DNA of 60,810 nt, the filler included. It is 3 parts of 3 records of this genome, joined end to end, with 100 filler letters (N's around TTAATTAATTAA, not from the genome) between each part and the next. Parts side by side here need not be neighbours in the genome. Positions count along the whole stretch, not along the records: positions 52,477 to 60,810 come from SRR22947727_1401; 2 more parts are not named here. The stretch is one strand, 5' to 3'. The position numbers were made by a program, and so were the translations under genes. Shown here piece after piece: positions 59,580-60,810 of this stretch (its first letter is position 1; every line of letters starts with the position of its first letter). Under the pieces are notes generated by a model that saw nothing but the letters and a program-made list of their open reading frames with translations, did not search any database and had not been told where the DNA came from.

Positions 59580-60770
59580 ATGCGTCGCCAACTCGAACAA
59601 TTCGGACAGTTCGCCGTGGATGTCATTCTGGATCGCCGGAGTGGTTTCAAGGCCAACTGCATGCGCATGTTCTTGAGTTCGCTTTCGAGGATTTATCGAG
59701 TCGTCGTATCAGCCCGCCTCTCGCTTTACCGGAACCGGATCATCCGCGAGCGAAACCTCGGATGCCTCGTCGTTTCGATCGGAAACCTGACCGTTGGCGG
59801 AACCGGAAAAACTCCCGTCGTCGAAAAGTTTGCCCGCTCCCTTAAGGATGGCGGTCGTCGCCCCGTCATTTTAAGCCGTGGCTACAAATCAAAAAAGCCG
59901 CCGTTGATGAAGCGAATTATCGGCAAAATGAAGGGCGAAAACGAGATCAACCCGCCTCGAGTGGTCAGCGATGGAAAATCACTGCTGCTCGATTCCAAAA
60001 CGGCTGGTGATGAGCCCTACATGCTGGCAGCCAACCTCAAAGACGTACCAGTAATCGTCGACAAAGACCGTGTAAAAAGCGGCAGACACGCGATTTCAGA
60101 AATGAACGCAGACACGCTGATTTTGGACGATGGGTTGCAATACCTGCGCCTCCGGCATCGTCTCGATATCGTTCTCGTAGATCGTTGGCACCCTTTCGGA
60201 ACCGAGAAAATGCTGCCTCGCGGAACCCTGCGTGAACCCCCGAAAAATCTGAAACGCGCCTCCTACATTTTTATCACCAAATGCAACGGCGACTCCAATG
60301 AAGATCTGAAAAAGCGAATCCGACTTTACAATCGGACCGCAGAAATCATCGAATGTGAGCACCGCCCGATGCATCTCGAAAACATCGAGAACCGGGAAAT
60401 CATGGCCCTCGACGAAATAAAGGGAAAGCACGTCGGAACCGTCAGCGCCATCGCCGTCCCCGAGAGTTTTGAGCACGGCGTGGAAAAGCTGGGTGCGACG
60501 ATTGAACAAACGTGTCGCTTCATGGATCACCACCGATTCACTGAGCAGGAGATCCTTACGTTTATCAATGATTGCGTCGAAAAGGAGGTCGACATGATCA
60601 TCACGACCGAGAAGGATTACGTTCGCTTTCCGCGACTCACGCGGATGGACGTTCCGATTTATTTCCTCCGTGTCGAAATCGGAATTCTCAGCAACGAAGA
60701 GAGTTTCGAAGACTGCATCGTTCGAATTTGCCAGCCACGGCCCATCTTGCCGGCTCGCCGCTTTTTCTGA
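59580..60770 (+). CDS. lpxK: Tetraacyldisaccharide 4'-kinase
   Basis: [41 protein letters not shown]. Confidence 0.95.
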   Translation: MRRQLEQFGQFAVDVILDRRSGFKANCMRMFLSSLSRIYRVVVSARLSLYRNRIIRERNLGCLVVSIGNLTVGGTGKTPVVEKFARSLKDGGRRPVILSRGYKSKKPPLMKRIIGKMKGENEINPPRVVSDGKSLLLDSKTAGDEPYMLAANLKDVPVIVDKDRVKSGRHAISEMNADTLILDDGLQYLRLRHRLDIVLVDRWHPFGTEKMLPRGTLREPPKNLKRASYIFITKCNGDSNEDLKKRIRLYNRTAEIIECEHRPMHLENIENREIMALDEIKGKHVGTVSAIAVPESFEHGVEKLGATIEQTCRFMDHHRFTEQEILTFINDCVEKEVDMIITTEKDYVRFPRLTRMDVPIYFLRVEIGILSNEESFEDCIVRICQPRPILPARRFF

Positions 60771-60772
60771 GT

Positions 60773-60800
60773 GTCACGAACCAACCCTATCCGTTCATCG
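60773..60800. repeat. Degenerate partial palindromic repeat after lpxK
   Basis: GTCACGAACCAA...GTTCATCG, reverse-complement similar to the 16161 copy. Confidence 0.55.
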
Positions 60801-60810
60801 GTAAGTTCAA

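Noticed and set aside
105-60533. Numerous antisense and alternate-frame ORFs in the ORF track
   Set aside because: They overlap well-supported genes and lack motifs or RBSs; expected shadow ORFs.

Overview
The window is three contigs joined by two artificial 100-bp spacers (N44-TTAATTAATTAA-N44 at 26463-26562 and 52377-52476). Contigs 1 (1-26462) and 3 (52477-60810) are GC-moderate bacterial DNA, most consistent with a Verrucomicrobia/PVC organism (PSD1/cytochrome-c plus DUF1501 pair, PEP-CTERM protein). They carry housekeeping and catabolic genes (proBA, xylB, nadD, cysS, recJ, rpmB, rph, lpxK), a decayed secretin gene and a decayed GrpE/Hsp70/J-like cluster. Both share a dispersed ~45-bp palindromic repeat, one copy of which lies in frame inside cysS. 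Contig 2 (26563-52376) is an AT-rich tailed-phage genome fragment: portal, TerL, TerS, primase-polymerase, RecE-like exonuclease, Sak4-like ATPase, SSB-like protein, a minimal C5 methyltransferase and large virion proteins, with no integrase. The most striking unexplained structure is in its non-coding DNA. First, six same-orientation tripartite motif units, CTGG-rich/(TGTGT)n/(CCCGA)n, are interleaved with promoter-RBS-gene(-terminator) cassettes. Second, a conserved TGKATACA box sits inside five sigma70-type promoters. Third, a separately promoted structured small-RNA candidate has a loop complementary to the ribosome-binding sites of several phage genes. All product calls are from motif recognition by eye; no database searches were run.
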